Virus record (IMG/VR): IMGVR_UViG_3300005253_001115
Coordinates: 202,641 to 266,640 of that record
Reading direction: 5' to 3' (one strand)
Length of the DNA stretch: 64,000 nt
The translations under genes and the position numbers were made by a program. Below are positions 10,119 to 21,400 of this stretch, one piece after another; positions within the stretch are counted from its first letter, which is position 1, and every line of letters begins with the position of its first letter. The notes beneath the pieces are model-generated. The model was not told the DNA's origin and did not search any database. It worked only from the letters and a program-made list of their open reading frames with translations.

Positions 10119-10669
10119 TTAGGCTTTCCTAGTGGCGTGCCAATAGCAGACAATGGATGCTGCCTGAAGCCCTCGCATTCTTTTATATCGTCGATAGGGA
10201 TTGGACGAAATAGAGTGTTATTGGGTTGTGTGTCATTAACGTGGGGGCCTAGTAGCGAATACTGTTGTTCTGCGTTTGCTTCACGATACCAGTCCCTTAA
10301 AGGTCCCATTGTCATAGAGAACATCTTGGGGATCTTTATGTCGTACTTTGATTGGCTGTTGGGCTCCAACCCCACAGCATACAGCAGAAGGGTGTCATCA
10401 TTTAGGGTTTCGAACCACCCTGGAGAGTTGAGATCGTGCCCCTCTTCAATGAAGTTCGACCAAATCTCTATAGCAAGGTTTCCATGATAGTTCTTCTCCG
10501 CCTTGACCTCCAGATTCCAGATCTTACCGTCTTTGCTTACTAGGAAATCTCCTCTTGGATCCTTTTTAGGGTGTTTTTCGACGGTGTAGCCCTTCCGTGC
10601 AAGCCACGGCAAAAAGTGATCTCTGTTCATGCGCGCTTCAAAAGCTAAGTCCGCGTCAAACTGGCTCAT
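10115..10669 (-). CDS. PD-(D/E)XK nuclease-like protein
   Basis: GDFLV...LEVKAE...GNLAIE. Confidence 0.65.
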   Translation of the reverse strand: MSQFDADLAFEARMNRDHFLPWLARKGYTVEKHPKKDPRGDFLVSKDGKIWNLEVKAEKNYHGNLAIEIWSNFIEEGHDLNSPGWFETLNDDTLLLYAVGLEPNSQSKYDIKIPKMFSMTMGPLRDWYREANAEQQYSLLGPHVNDTQPNNTLFRPIPIDDIKECEGFRQHPLSAIGTPLGKPK

Positions 10670-10968
10670 TTCAAATCCTCCTCAATCTTGCGCAGAAACT
10701 CTCGCCAGTCTTTTGGAGAGGAGTTCATGTCTGCTTCGTTCTCTACAGGATTGGAAATAGTTGGACCCAGATATTCGAAGTCATCGCCCTCTGGAAACCC
10801 AAATTGGCTATACCCAGGAATGCGGGCAGCGTACATGGCATCCCACTGCTCTAGTTCTTCTTCGATCTGGGCTTCCGTGTCTGCCTGGGCCTCTGCCTGG
10901 GCCTCTGCCTGGGCCTCTGCCTGGGCCTCTGCATCGTCTTGTATAGCCTTCGGGTGTCTAGACATCAT
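10666..10968 (-). CDS. Hypothetical acidic protein with AEAQ repeat
   Basis: ORF tiles with its neighbours and contains a 12-bp tandem repeat. Confidence 0.55.
   Translation of the reverse strand: MMSRHPKAIQDDAEAQAEAQAEAQAEAQADTEAQIEEELEQWDAMYAARIPGYSQFGFPEGDDFEYLGPTISNPVENEADMNSSPKDWREFLRKIEEDLK
10881..10932. repeat. 12-bp tandem repeat (ctgcctgggcct) x4, coding AEAQ
   Basis: Directly visible in the sequence. Confidence 0.9.
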
Positions 10969-11792
10969 CTAGCCTTGAACACATAATCTCCGTGGCCTAC
11001 ACCGTTACCTACGGACTCGTAGATAAGCTGTAGACCCGCTAACTCACACATCATCTTTAGTGCTTTTTGCGAAAAGATTATTGGGTGAACCTGAAAGTGA
11101 TACTCGGTAAGATGCCAGCGTGTCAGACCATCCGTGTCGTTGAGTGGAGTCCTTAGGAAAATCACGCCGTTATGATTCAACAAGCTCTTCATCTTCAGTA
11201 ATGCGACCACCGGCTCGTGGAAATGCTCGATGACATGCACCATCGAGATAAGGTCAAACCGCTTAGGTCCGAAGTCGTGCTCCATGAAGTCTGCTTGGAT
11301 CATTGGCACACCCAGCTCGTTGCCATAGGTCTCAGCATAGGGGCTACCATCCACCCCTAGGGTGGTCAAAACGCCCTTGTCCTGCATGTACTTCAGCAGT
11401 AGTGGATAACTAGGTCCAATGTCCAGAACGGAGTCTGGATCGTATTCCTTCACTAGGAAGTCAGCAAGCCACTGGAAGTGGCCTGCCTCTGACAGTATGC
11501 CAGCTTTCATACCTGCTTCGCTTTTGTCGTCCGCTTCGTACTGGAATGGCGGCGGAGGGAACTGAAGCCAGAGCCCGCACCGAGAACAAGCCTCGTAGGG
11601 CAGAACGTCCGGTACGTTCTGTCGAACGGCCTCTTGGGCTTCAGTCAGTTGGACAGGATTCAACTTAGTGGTACCACAAATGGTACACCGGATCACTTTT
11701 ATTTCAACAGCAACGTCCATTATGCGTTTCCATCCTGGGGGGTATTGAAGTATCGCTGGAATCCATCGCCTTCGCGCATTTGGGTCCAGCAC
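10965..11792 (-). CDS. Class I SAM-dependent methyltransferase with N-terminal Cys cluster (true start may be downstream)
   Basis: VLDIG, GVD, FDLISMVHVIEH, LLNHNGVIFLRTP. Confidence 0.8.
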   Translation of the reverse strand: MLDPNARRRWIPAILQYPPGWKRIMDVAVEIKVIRCTICGTTKLNPVQLTEAQEAVRQNVPDVLPYEACSRCGLWLQFPPPPFQYEADDKSEAGMKAGILSEAGHFQWLADFLVKEYDPDSVLDIGPSYPLLLKYMQDKGVLTTLGVDGSPYAETYGNELGVPMIQADFMEHDFGPKRFDLISMVHVIEHFHEPVVALLKMKSLLNHNGVIFLRTPLNDTDGLTRWHLTEYHFQVHPIIFSQKALKMMCELAGLQLIYESVGNGVGHGDYVFKAR

Positions 11793-13084
11793 GCCTGTCG
11801 AAGCGCGTCCTTGTTGGCGGGATCGAGCACCAGAGCCTTGAAGCCAGCACTGTCTACCTGGGTCTCGTGCCCAGGAAGCTCGATACCGAACTTGGTTCCG
11901 CTCTTAGAGAGCTGCCCCGTCATCTTGAGGTACTGGAACGTGTCGAACACGGGATCAATACCGGGTCCCGGAGCGCCATTGGCTTCGAACCACCAACGTA
12001 CCCATGCGACCTTGTGCGGCATGAAGTCCTTCGACTTCTCGCTCTTCAGGATCGAGAACGTGTAGCGGTCCTTGCCTTTGCCGTCCCAGCAGGTCTCCTC
12101 TTGGATACCGCTAGTGCCAGACCAGCCTGCGGGCGGAGCCCGCTTGGTCATCTTCACACGGTTATCGTGGGAGTGTGCCAGCATGTGACCACCCGGTGCG
12201 TAACCCGGGTCACCATAGGTGACGCCCGGCTTCTCACGGAACTGGTTGGTAACCACGAGGGTGAACCGCTTCTCCACCATGGCTGACGTGATACCTGCAA
12301 GGTGGTTCGATAGAGTTCTGGCCAGAAGTGCTTGAGCACCCGTGCCGTCCTTCCATTCATCCTTTTTCTTCTTACCAATCATCGCTTCCGGCTTCATAGC
12401 CGCAATCGAATCGATGTAAATGACAGCCTGGGCTCGTCCATCCTCAGCGGGTACCCAGACACCGGCACCGCATTCGCGGGTGACCTTCGGGTCGAAAGGA
12501 ATGTTCTGGGCCTTCGCTTCCTTTTGGGTCATCCCCAACATGACGTAGTACCACTGATCGTTGTACTGCCTCTTGTCCGGGTAGCTGTGCATGAGTCTGC
12601 TGATGAACTTCAGGGACTTCTCCGCAGAATCAGGAGCGTAGTACCGGAGGTTCGGACCAGCCGAGAACCCCTGTGCGGTCTTGGCCTCTTGCTGCGCTTC
12701 ATCGTCCTTGAAGTTACCGTAAAGCTCTATGCCAATGCGTCCCCAGTACCCCGGATCAGCAGAACCCTCGTGATCGAAAAAGATCGACCGGATTCCACGC
12801 TTCTGGGATTGAGCGATGCTACTGGCACAGGCGGTGGACTTTCCACCAGCCTCAGGACCGTACTGGCCGCAGAAGCGACCGGGCCCAAAGCCACCACCCA
12901 CAGCAAGGTCATAGGCAAGAAGCCCTGTGGACACGCAATTTTTTACGTGGTCCGACCTGTCTAGGGAGATGGGGACAAGACCGACGCTCTGGCTGATAGC
13001 CTCGTCAATCGTGTCATAATCAGGAGTCCAGGCGGCGGGAGCCTCCTCGACTGCCTCAGTCTTCTTTTTCTTGCGTGCTGCCAT
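11720..13084 (-). CDS. recA: RecA/UvsX-like recombinase
   Basis: STG...D...GGG, YGPEAGGKST, FFDHE, YIDSIAAM, NQFREK, PGG. Confidence 0.88.
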   Translation of the reverse strand: MAARKKKKTEAVEEAPAAWTPDYDTIDEAISQSVGLVPISLDRSDHVKNCVSTGLLAYDLAVGGGFGPGRFCGQYGPEAGGKSTACASSIAQSQKRGIRSIFFDHEGSADPGYWGRIGIELYGNFKDDEAQQEAKTAQGFSAGPNLRYYAPDSAEKSLKFISRLMHSYPDKRQYNDQWYYVMLGMTQKEAKAQNIPFDPKVTRECGAGVWVPAEDGRAQAVIYIDSIAAMKPEAMIGKKKKDEWKDGTGAQALLARTLSNHLAGITSAMVEKRFTLVVTNQFREKPGVTYGDPGYAPGGHMLAHSHDNRVKMTKRAPPAGWSGTSGIQEETCWDGKGKDRYTFSILKSEKSKDFMPHKVAWVRWWFEANGAPGPGIDPVFDTFQYLKMTGQLSKSGTKFGIELPGHETQVDSAGFKALVLDPANKDALRQACWTQMREGDGFQRYFNTPQDGNA

Positions 13085-13124
13085 GACAATTCCTCCTTCG
13101 ATGGGTTATACGGGCAGGGAAGAA

Positions 13125-13144
13125 GGCGGGGCCGAAGCCCCGCC
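13125..13144 (-). terminator. Probable intrinsic terminator after the SSB gene
   Basis: Minus strand reads GGCGGGGC-UUCG-GCCCCGCC followed by UUCUU. Confidence 0.65.
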
Positions 13145-13155
13145 AACTCTAGTTC

Positions 13156-14259
13156 CTACTCGAAATCGTCATCATCGAAATCGAACTCGTCATCGTCGTC
13201 TTCGACGACTTCGGCCTTAGCCTTGGACTTCTTGGTCTTTGCCTTGGACTTTGCCTTGACGGGCTCCTCATCGAACTCGTCGTCGTCATCGTCGTCGGCA
13301 ACTTCGGAATCATCGTCCAGTCCGAGATCATCGTCCTCGTCCTCAAACGAATCATCCTCTTCGACAACAGGCTTGGAAGCCTTGGCGGGGGTCTCCTCCG
13401 CACCCTCGTCGTCGTCGTCGAGAAGCTCAGCGCCCCCCTTCATGGTGGACTTGCTTACCTTCGTAGACGAACCAGCCGCCGCAACCTCTGCGGGGTCCTC
13501 ATCCGGCTCCACGATAATGTAACCGTGTCGCTTGAGGGAAGCCGCGATCTTCTCGGGGCTGTCCTTCGGGTAGATGCTGACCGACTCAGGGATCAATTCG
13601 CACTGCTTCATCTCAGCCTTGGTAAGCTCCACAGCATCGCCAAGCATGATGTTGTACTTAGCTTCTGCCGCTGCCGAGGAGTCGAACTTGAAGAAGAGAT
13701 CGAAACCGTCCTTAGGATCGGTCGGATCTGCCGTGCTCTTGGTCTTCTTCTCGAACATCTCGATGGCGTTCTGGACCTCGCGTGCGAATGCCGTCGGAAC
13801 AGTTGCGCACTTGATGTCACTGAACTTGACCGGCTGCTGGAACTTCTTCTTGAGGGGGATGCCCTCAGTCTCTTCCTGACGCTCGCGGTCGATGAAGAAG
13901 ATGAGGTAGTTCTTCGTGGGCTTCAAGCGCCCCCACGATGTAGAACCGTCATCCTCTATCTTCGGGTAGTGAGCCTTGCGGTAGAGACAATCGTTCGCAT
14001 TGAACTCTTCCGTTTCGGCATCGAAGTCCATGCAGATCGACGGGTACATCTTGCACTTCGTCTTGTACGGATCGTAAGCCTTCTTGGCTTCGGTAGGAAC
14101 CCAGAACCGCATGAACGGCTCGATGTGTCCGACAAGTCGGATACCGTGGTACTCACCCTTGGCAATCTGGCGGATATCCACCAGTTCGAAGGGAAGTTCG
14201 TCTTCCCACTTGTCGCCGTCGTCTACCTTGGTTTTTGCTGTCTTGAATGTCTTACCCAT
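13156..14259 (-). CDS. Probable single-stranded DNA-binding protein (gp32-like)
   Basis: Adjacent to RecA; DPTDPKDGFD motif; long Asp/Glu-rich tail ending DFDDDDFE. Confidence 0.65.
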   Translation of the reverse strand: MGKTFKTAKTKVDDGDKWEDELPFELVDIRQIAKGEYHGIRLVGHIEPFMRFWVPTEAKKAYDPYKTKCKMYPSICMDFDAETEEFNANDCLYRKAHYPKIEDDGSTSWGRLKPTKNYLIFFIDRERQEETEGIPLKKKFQQPVKFSDIKCATVPTAFAREVQNAIEMFEKKTKSTADPTDPKDGFDLFFKFDSSAAAEAKYNIMLGDAVELTKAEMKQCELIPESVSIYPKDSPEKIAASLKRHGYIIVEPDEDPAEVAAAGSSTKVSKSTMKGGAELLDDDDEGAEETPAKASKPVVEEDDSFEDEDDDLGLDDDSEVADDDDDDEFDEEPVKAKSKAKTKKSKAKAEVVEDDDDEFDFDDDDFE

Positions 14260-14338
14260 TGTCTCTTTCCTTTTCTCGTGTTTATGCCCAGTTGGCGTTT
14301 TGATGAGATCGGCATGGGTGCCGATGTCAAAGAGATCT

Positions 14339-15541
14339 TTATTCTACTGTATGGAAGCGCATGAGCGCGAGCGTTTGTCTGAGTTGCTCCTTTAGAATGT
14401 CCGGTTCAGTAAGGGCCTCATCGGCCTCTATATGAGAGATAACACCGAATTTCAGGCAGATGAACTTCTGGGACGTAGAATCAAGCGAGGTAAGCATTTT
14501 TCCGATCGCCATCCCCAACTCCCTCTCCGCAACGTCTTCCTCGTAGTCGGCATCAATCAAGGTATCTAGCAATTTGGCTATTTCTTCACCCTGTTGGACA
14601 GGCTGCTCAAGCGGAACCAACTTAATGACACTCACGTACTGACGAATCTTCTCGCTATTTTCGTCAACCTTTTCGCCTCTTTCTATCTTGTTGTACACAT
14701 GCCACACGGCACCGGGGATGCGAAAGAAGCTGACCTCTTCCTTCAGAGAGAGGAGAATTGCCTGCCGGACCCACCACCGGGCGTAGGAAGAAAAGTACGT
14801 CTGGCGGCTCAGGAAAAAGGTCGAGATGGACCTGATAAGGCCAAATACCCCAGACTGGAACACGTCCTCGAAAATAGACCTCTGGTCCCCGGAAAGTTTT
14901 CCTGCCTCAGCGAAAACAAGTCTCAGGTAAGGCTGGATGATAATGTTCCTCAGTTCCAGATAGCGATCGTAATGATACTGTACTCCGCTGATGGTTCCGT
15001 AGAGTCGCTCTTGAGAGAGCCCTGTGGCTCTCTCAATGGCGTCCTTGCCCAATCGGATGCTGCCTAGCTTGGCCCCCAGAGCGGGCCGCAGAGAGGCACA
15101 CAGGATGGCCTCGTCGGCGCACATTTCCTTATAGCCCTCTGTGATCCGCAGAAAGTCATCAGCTAGTTCCTCGAACAGTAGGCGTACCCAACACATCTTC
15201 CGAAGAAGCTTCTTCGTTTCACGTATGTTAGAATACGTCTTTCGGCTAGCCGTGAGGTGTAGAAGTTCCCCGCCCAGAGCGTGCCACTGATCTTGGCTAG
15301 CTTCGGTTTTGTTAAATAGAACCCTATTGTAGGTCATATTGCCCATCGAGCGTATCGTCACCTCAGACAAGCGGTTCTCCACGAAGCGCGTGGGGGCGTC
15401 CAGCATGTACCCCATACACTTCCAGATCTCCTCATCCATCATCTCGAAGGTGCTGTTGCTCTTTTCTCGGCTCAAAAGATCGTCGTTTCCGAAGACTCCT
15501 GCCCGGATGTGTTCTAGTGCGTCGGTTGTTTGTAATTCCAT
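14339..15541 (-). CDS. Phage sigma70-family RNA polymerase sigma factor
   Basis: Region 2 YLRLV...A...EDVFQSGVFGLIRSI...FSSYARWWVRQAI, FRIP, then region 3/4-like sequence. Confidence 0.85.
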   Translation of the reverse strand: MELQTTDALEHIRAGVFGNDDLLSREKSNSTFEMMDEEIWKCMGYMLDAPTRFVENRLSEVTIRSMGNMTYNRVLFNKTEASQDQWHALGGELLHLTASRKTYSNIRETKKLLRKMCWVRLLFEELADDFLRITEGYKEMCADEAILCASLRPALGAKLGSIRLGKDAIERATGLSQERLYGTISGVQYHYDRYLELRNIIIQPYLRLVFAEAGKLSGDQRSIFEDVFQSGVFGLIRSISTFFLSRQTYFSSYARWWVRQAILLSLKEEVSFFRIPGAVWHVYNKIERGEKVDENSEKIRQYVSVIKLVPLEQPVQQGEEIAKLLDTLIDADYEEDVAERELGMAIGKMLTSLDSTSQKFICLKFGVISHIEADEALTEPDILKEQLRQTLALMRFHTVE

Positions 15542-15553
15542 TATCTCTCTACT

Positions 15554-16270
15554 ATGACCATGTTGACTTTAGGACAGCTTCTCAAGGCCACCCAGTCAGC
15601 CTCCCAGAGAGGCAGCGGGCGGAGTGTCTCCGAGCGTGCCTCCAAGGTTTCTATTTCAGGTGTTAAGACAGGCTTCCGCGATGGCTGGAAGGTCCCTGAC
15701 ACTGCTTACTGGGGTTCCCCCGGGGTGCAGGAAATCCTCTTTGTGACCCAGGCTTCGGACTCCAAGACCGACCGGCGTTTCAGGAAGCCCTACCGGACGA
15801 TGTATAGGTTCCCACTGAATCAGGCGTCTGGGAGCCCCTACCCGTCCGGTGCTAGTGCTAATGACTTGCCAGTATGGGTCAACTGCACTTGTCCCGCATT
15901 CCGGTATTACAGTGAAGTCGCCCTCACCAAGAAGAACAGCTCCGATGTCATCGAGTCTGACGGCTCCCTCCCCAGGCAGAACAATCCCCAGATGGAGCCC
16001 TACATTTGCAAGCACCTCTACGCCACTGCCAAAATGGCTATGGACAAGAGACGTACTATCGGGGTGACTGCCTCTATTGCTACTCTGCAAGATGATCCCA
16101 TGAAGCCCAAGGGTCGAGACCCTGAAAGAGTTGATACCCAGACGCCGAAATCCCAGAAGGGTCGTAAGACCCCCAAGGTCAGTGCTACTGCTGCTAAGCC
16201 CACCACCATCCCTCAAACGTGGTTGGGCCGTTTGGCTTACATTCTCTTTAATGAACGGGCTGGACGCTAG
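15554..16270 (+). CDS. SWIM zinc-finger domain protein
   Basis: VNCTCPAF...ICKHL. Confidence 0.7.
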   Translation: MTMLTLGQLLKATQSASQRGSGRSVSERASKVSISGVKTGFRDGWKVPDTAYWGSPGVQEILFVTQASDSKTDRRFRKPYRTMYRFPLNQASGSPYPSGASANDLPVWVNCTCPAFRYYSEVALTKKNSSDVIESDGSLPRQNNPQMEPYICKHLYATAKMAMDKRRTIGVTASIATLQDDPMKPKGRDPERVDTQTPKSQKGRKTPKVSATAAKPTTIPQTWLGRLAYILFNERAGR

Positions 16271-16548
16271 GCGAACGCATCCCGATAGGATCGAAGCAGA
16301 CCCACCACCTCGTCCCACATTAACATCACTATCTGTTCCCTACCTGTACAACTGGCGACTTGTAGATTCAGGTCCCGGATATCTTGTCCGAGCAGAGAAT
16401 CCACATCAACGTGAATTCGCAGTTTGTTCAACATTACAACGCCTATTCTAAGTAGGCTAGCTTTTTCTTCTTCTTTGTCCGCGTTATCACAAAAGACCAA
16501 AAATCGGTCGAGAACGTTCTTGAACCGAATCCGGCTAATCTGATCCAT
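16267..16548 (-). CDS. Hypothetical protein
   Basis: Short ORF overlapping the Cas4-like gene stop. Confidence 0.5.
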   Translation of the reverse strand: MDQISRIRFKNVLDRFLVFCDNADKEEEKASLLRIGVVMLNKLRIHVDVDSLLGQDIRDLNLQVASCTGREQIVMLMWDEVVGLLRSYRDAFA

Positions 16549-17491
16549 CCGTCTCCTCTCCGAGCACCTCTCGCTCGGCTTTCTTGATCTTAATGAGTTC
16601 CCTGCGTTTTCCCTTCAGGAACTTAGTCCGGTCCGGTCGGAAACATTGACCGGCGAACTCACAATAGCGCATCTTACGCGCATATTTCTCGTTGGGGCAG
16701 ATGGCCCTGGCATCCTCGATGTTGCCCTTCTTCATGATCTCCTTGACCTCGGGGTACTCGACCCGGAAGTCCTCTAGCGCCTGGGGCGCAAGATCATGGA
16801 ACATGAAGCGCATCTTATTGGGGTAATCCCTCGGAATGTAACAGAAAGCGATTCCCTCGATATCCTGATCCAGACCCCAATCCCTCGGGGTGCAGAGTTC
16901 GGCGTATGTTCCCGCTTGGGCTACGTGTGGGGGATCAGGCTCCTTCAGGGCTCTCACAACAGACGAGGACGCCTTCGTTTTGACCTCAAGTAGGTACAGG
17001 TGCCCCCCGATAAGAATGAGGCCGTCACAGGAGCCCTTGAGCCCTGAGACGGGATCTATCAGCTCGAACTCGACGTACCGAGTAGCGAAACCCTTGCAGC
17101 AAGGGCCTTCCTCGGGTCCGATAGGGTTGCCTTCCCTGTCCTCCCCACGGGTCCATTCTGACCGATGATCCCCGCAATAGGGTGTCCCCAGACCCGGGGA
17201 TGAGGTATACCAGCACTTCTTGCACTTCCACCTACCGTAAAGGAGCCCTACGCGCCCCAGGTAAGTCTGGATGACCTCATGGGTCGCAGTTCCGATATTG
17301 ACGAAGATCTTTCCCATGAAATTGTCACCCACGGAGGCGTTAATGGGGTCCAACATCGCGAAAAGGTACTCGATTTGACAGAAGGGGAACGAAGATGGCC
17401 GAATCCGCACCTTGTACGGGGCCTTCCAGCTCTCGTTCTCAAGCAGCTCCTTCGAGACGTTCTCAAGGATCTTGTCATGGTTCGCTGTCAT
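16535..17491 (-). CDS. Cas4-like PD-(D/E)XK exonuclease
   Basis: PSS..C, GTATHE, GSCDG, LEVKT, QAGTY and C-terminal Cys cluster. Confidence 0.75.
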   Translation of the reverse strand: MTANHDKILENVSKELLENESWKAPYKVRIRPSSFPFCQIEYLFAMLDPINASVGDNFMGKIFVNIGTATHEVIQTYLGRVGLLYGRWKCKKCWYTSSPGLGTPYCGDHRSEWTRGEDREGNPIGPEEGPCCKGFATRYVEFELIDPVSGLKGSCDGLILIGGHLYLLEVKTKASSSVVRALKEPDPPHVAQAGTYAELCTPRDWGLDQDIEGIAFCYIPRDYPNKMRFMFHDLAPQALEDFRVEYPEVKEIMKKGNIEDARAICPNEKYARKMRYCEFAGQCFRPDRTKFLKGKRRELIKIKKAEREVLGEETDGSD

Positions 17492-17518
17492 GCAACTTCT
17501 TTAGTCTAAAGGCTTGTC

Positions 17519-18460
17519 ATGGAACGAAAACCAAAACCCGAACTAGACAGAGATTTTATTGTTGACCAGTTGGAGCGAGTTTGCTCAGATACCAAGATCC
17601 ACCGGCATGATATAGCCATCCCCTGTCCATTCAAGGCCCACTCCAATCCCAAGCCGTCCTGCATGGTACACCTATCCGGCCACAAGACCGGAGTGGGCGT
17701 GTTCCATTGCTGGAAGTGCGATGCTAAGGGCGGGTGGCCCCGACTAGCCGAGGCTCTGGGCCTGGAATACGGCGAGAACTACGCTCCCCAGAACCCCTTT
17801 AGTGCAAAAAGCCGCGCCATGAAGCAAATTCGGGCGGATGCCGACGAGCAGCTTGAGGCCCGGTATCGCGATTTCATGCCTCTTGGGGTGACACCTTGGG
17901 AGCATGGAGCCTTTCGAGGGCTGCCAGAAGAGTTTCTAGTCAAGGTCGGGGCGAAGAGGTTCTACGACGACCAGACCGAGTGTTACCGAATCGTATTCCC
18001 CGTTAAGAACAAGAACGGGACCACGTTGGGTAGCGTTGCTCGAAGGACTGACAAGGGCACCTTCATGCCCTGGCTTAACGCTCCCGGACCCTGGGCTCGG
18101 CGAGCGCTGTTCCCTCTACACATCTTGGATCGGCCCCTGGAAACCGTGGTTCTGGTTGAGGGTTCTTTCGACTCTCTGCGCCTCTGCTATCTGGGAATCC
18201 CTGCCCTCTCCATCCTCGGAGCATCTAATTGGACGCCCACCAAACTGAGTACACTGCAAGGTATGGGCTGCAAGAAGCTCATCATCTGTATGGACGGTGA
18301 TAAAGCAGGTCGAATAGCTGAGGCACAGATCTTCGAGGAAACAGCAGACAAGATCAAGCGCAAGAGGTTCCGGTTGCCCATCAACGTAGCAGATCCCGTT
18401 GACCCAGGTAACATGAACGAGGAGTTGATCGAGGCTCTCAGAGAGTTCGGCGGCTTTTAG
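17519..18460 (+). CDS. DNA primase (Zn finger + TOPRIM)
   Basis: CPFKAH...HCWKC, VEGSFD, MDGDKAG, DPG. Confidence 0.88.
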   Translation: MERKPKPELDRDFIVDQLERVCSDTKIHRHDIAIPCPFKAHSNPKPSCMVHLSGHKTGVGVFHCWKCDAKGGWPRLAEALGLEYGENYAPQNPFSAKSRAMKQIRADADEQLEARYRDFMPLGVTPWEHGAFRGLPEEFLVKVGAKRFYDDQTECYRIVFPVKNKNGTTLGSVARRTDKGTFMPWLNAPGPWARRALFPLHILDRPLETVVLVEGSFDSLRLCYLGIPALSILGASNWTPTKLSTLQGMGCKKLIICMDGDKAGRIAEAQIFEETADKIKRKRFRLPINVADPVDPGNMNEELIEALREFGGF

Positions 18461-21400
18461 GGGGAATCTATAGTTCGGTTAGACACGTCCATGTTGACAC
18501 CGCTCAAATCAATCAGCGTGCTGTGGTTGCCCGTATCCTCACCAATATTAGCGATATTTTGGCCTAGCTGCCACCAGTGCAGCAGAGTGGCGGAAGACAC
18601 GTAACTGCCAGAGTCAGTGAGCAAGTCGAATCCCGTAGAGCCGCCATTGTAAATTGCGGTCACCTCACCCGCCGTTAGTGCATTGCTCCACATGGACATT
18701 TGGTGATTGACACCCGGCCATTCAGTGCCACCGAAAGCGGCAGTGCCGCCTATTTCCACAAGCCGAACGATGGTATTGTCCTGAGGCCCAAGATTGTCCT
18801 TAGAAGCAGAATCCGCCACTCCTTGGTCAACTCCGTCAATGTAGAGTGTTACAGGGTCCCCGCCAACTGCTCCGTCGTAGGTGAATACGAAGTGAATCCA
18901 AGTGTCATCTGGTATCACATTGAACCATTCCAAATCCTTGAACTCAAAACCCCCAGGTTGGTTCGCATTGATTTGGATGCGTCCATTGGGCTGTGCAAGA
19001 ACAGGTGTCTTGGTTTGGATAGTGATCGAGTTCCCTGCCGCCGTGGCTCGCCACAATACGTCAAATGTGGAAGAGGTAATTTGATCGTTCTTGATCCAAC
19101 CCATGATGCTCCAAGCATCCACTGAACCCAGATCCTTGGCGATCCCTCCGGTCATGTACTCGTCAGTACCGTTGAAGACCAGACTGAAACTGGTCGGGGA
19201 TGAACCGTCCACAGACCCGGGAGCGTCTCCCAGAACGATGACTGTTCCGTTCTCTACCGTCATTGATCTGACGTTTATGCCGCGCATAGTGTTCATGAAG
19301 TCCCTTCCCTTCAGAAAGGTATCTTCGCCCAGCTTGTGGTAGTGTTGTAGGTTAGCTCCACTAACGTACTCATTCTTGTTATACCGGAGGTCAAGACCGT
19401 GACCTAGTGATGCAACTGTGCGCGCTTCGTTTGCACTTAGAGCCGAGTCCCACATCCCCACATGGCTGATCTTACCGGTGAAGGCTAGACCGGCCGAAGC
19501 TGCTAGCACCTCGTTAGAACCGCCCAGCTCCACGAAGCGTGACGAGTCAATCATAGTACCGGCGTTTGTTGTATCCACAACAGGAGCTACGAACCCTCCG
19601 TTATAGTACATCGTGATAAAGTTGTCGAACCATACCATGGTGACATGTTGCCACTCTCCCTCCACTAGAAGGTTGTTGTACCTAACACGCTGCAACACTG
19701 TACCTGCCGAATCGGTGACTTGCAGGATAAGTGGCTTTTGTGCGTCGTCGGCGTCAATTTGCCATGTGATCTCATTGGCGGACAGACCTGCTTGTGCTGG
19801 TCCCACGAACACGGGGTACTGCATGCCTGCACTAAGATCGTTCGGCTTTATCCAGGCTGAAATAGTCCACGAGTTGACCAAACCAATGGGAAGGGCTGTT
19901 GCGGTTGCAAGGTTGGCAGTGTCATCAAAGTCTGCGCAGTTACCCACTAGGCTGGTCTCGATGATGCCACGGTTACGCATCTCGGCACCAACCCCAGTCT
20001 GTTCCGTGGAGATGGTGTATCCACCCGGTACACGATCAGGGAACTGTGTATCTCCTGCGGGATGTGTTAGGCTGGCTGAAGGGTCTCCAAGCACCCACCA
20101 GTGTACCAAGGACGGAGCCTCACCGTAGCACGGGTGCTCTACACGAAGATCTAGATTCTTCCAACCACCACTATAGACTGCCTTAACCCCGTTTTCCGTT
20201 ACAGGAACAGACCACAGAGCTACAGAGTGTAGATCACCGTCAAACTGGTCGTTGACGCCTCGGCCATCGTAAAGGAAGTGGGTGCTTCGGGAAACGTTCG
20301 TTGTCGAGACAATACCACCGATCACAGGAGGCAGGTCATCCAGCCCATTAACAAAGAACCTAGCCGAGAACGTATCCTGCTTGCAGCCGAGGATATGGTA
20401 CCACTGATCCTCTACTACCGGAGTGGTTCCTGTCAGAACGTTGAACGTCCCTGCCGCGTTGGAGAACTCGTACTCCCAAAAAGACACGCCGCCAGATGTG
20501 ACAAGACTGAGAGCGATCTGGTCGAAGTTGCTGATGCCGTTAGTGACTCGCCAAACTTCCCGAGTAACGCCCTCAGCAGGAAGGCTTGTGGGCTTGACCC
20601 AGGCGGCAACTGTATGAGCGTTACCGACACCCTGAAACTTGTCGGTCTCGCCAACGGTACCTGCTGCATCCTTACGGTAGAAAGATCCTTCAGGAGCAGA
20701 ACGACGAACCTTTTCCGCTGTCTGCGTGCTATCAACATCAGGGATAGCTGTAGGAGCAAAGTTTGTGTGGACGGCACTACTAGGGGAGTCCCCATACCTG
20801 TACCACGTCTCTAGGTTGCCGTTACTGACGTAATCTCCGTGCCCCAGATTGAAATCGACATCGGTGCCAGAACCAGCATTGTAAATGGTTGAGATCTCGG
20901 CTTGCCCCAGTGGAAGGTTCCAGTGTGCGTGCGAATGGATGAAACCTTCAAACTTCTGGGCGAGGGAGGGGGTGTGAAGATTCCCCGCCGTGATGGACCG
21001 CAGTGTGTTGGTCTGGCTACCTGAGATGTCCGTCACGTTCGTCATGTAGGAGTTCATGTTAAGGCCGTTACGATAGACCGTCAGGGTCGCGCCGTCCCAG
21101 GTAACAACAATCTGGTGCCAGGAATTAACCCCGAAGAAGAACCCGTCTACTCCCGCCGTGTCGGTGTCTTCGACAGCGATCTGTCGCTTCTTGAAGACGG
21201 TGCCACCAGAGTTGTACATTGTGACGGAGAAGATGCCGCCCGTCTCAATAGCGATATCTAAAGAATTGGTAAGGCCACCGTTAAGAGTACCCATGCTGTA
21301 GATGGTTTGGTTGCTGGCAGGGGACAGAGAGGTGGGGGCGCACCAAACCATGTGGGTCCAAGCGTTAGTTACGTTTAGATCCGAGTCACCAGAAATAACA

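Noticed and set aside
13223-14364. Long plus-strand ORFs antisense to SSB, and similar shadow ORFs throughout the track
   Set aside because: They are antisense to well-supported genes and are explained by codon bias.
16535-17491. Cas4-like gene as spacer-acquisition machinery for the array
   Set aside because: It is about 24 kb away in the replication module, and solo Cas4-like nucleases are common in phages.
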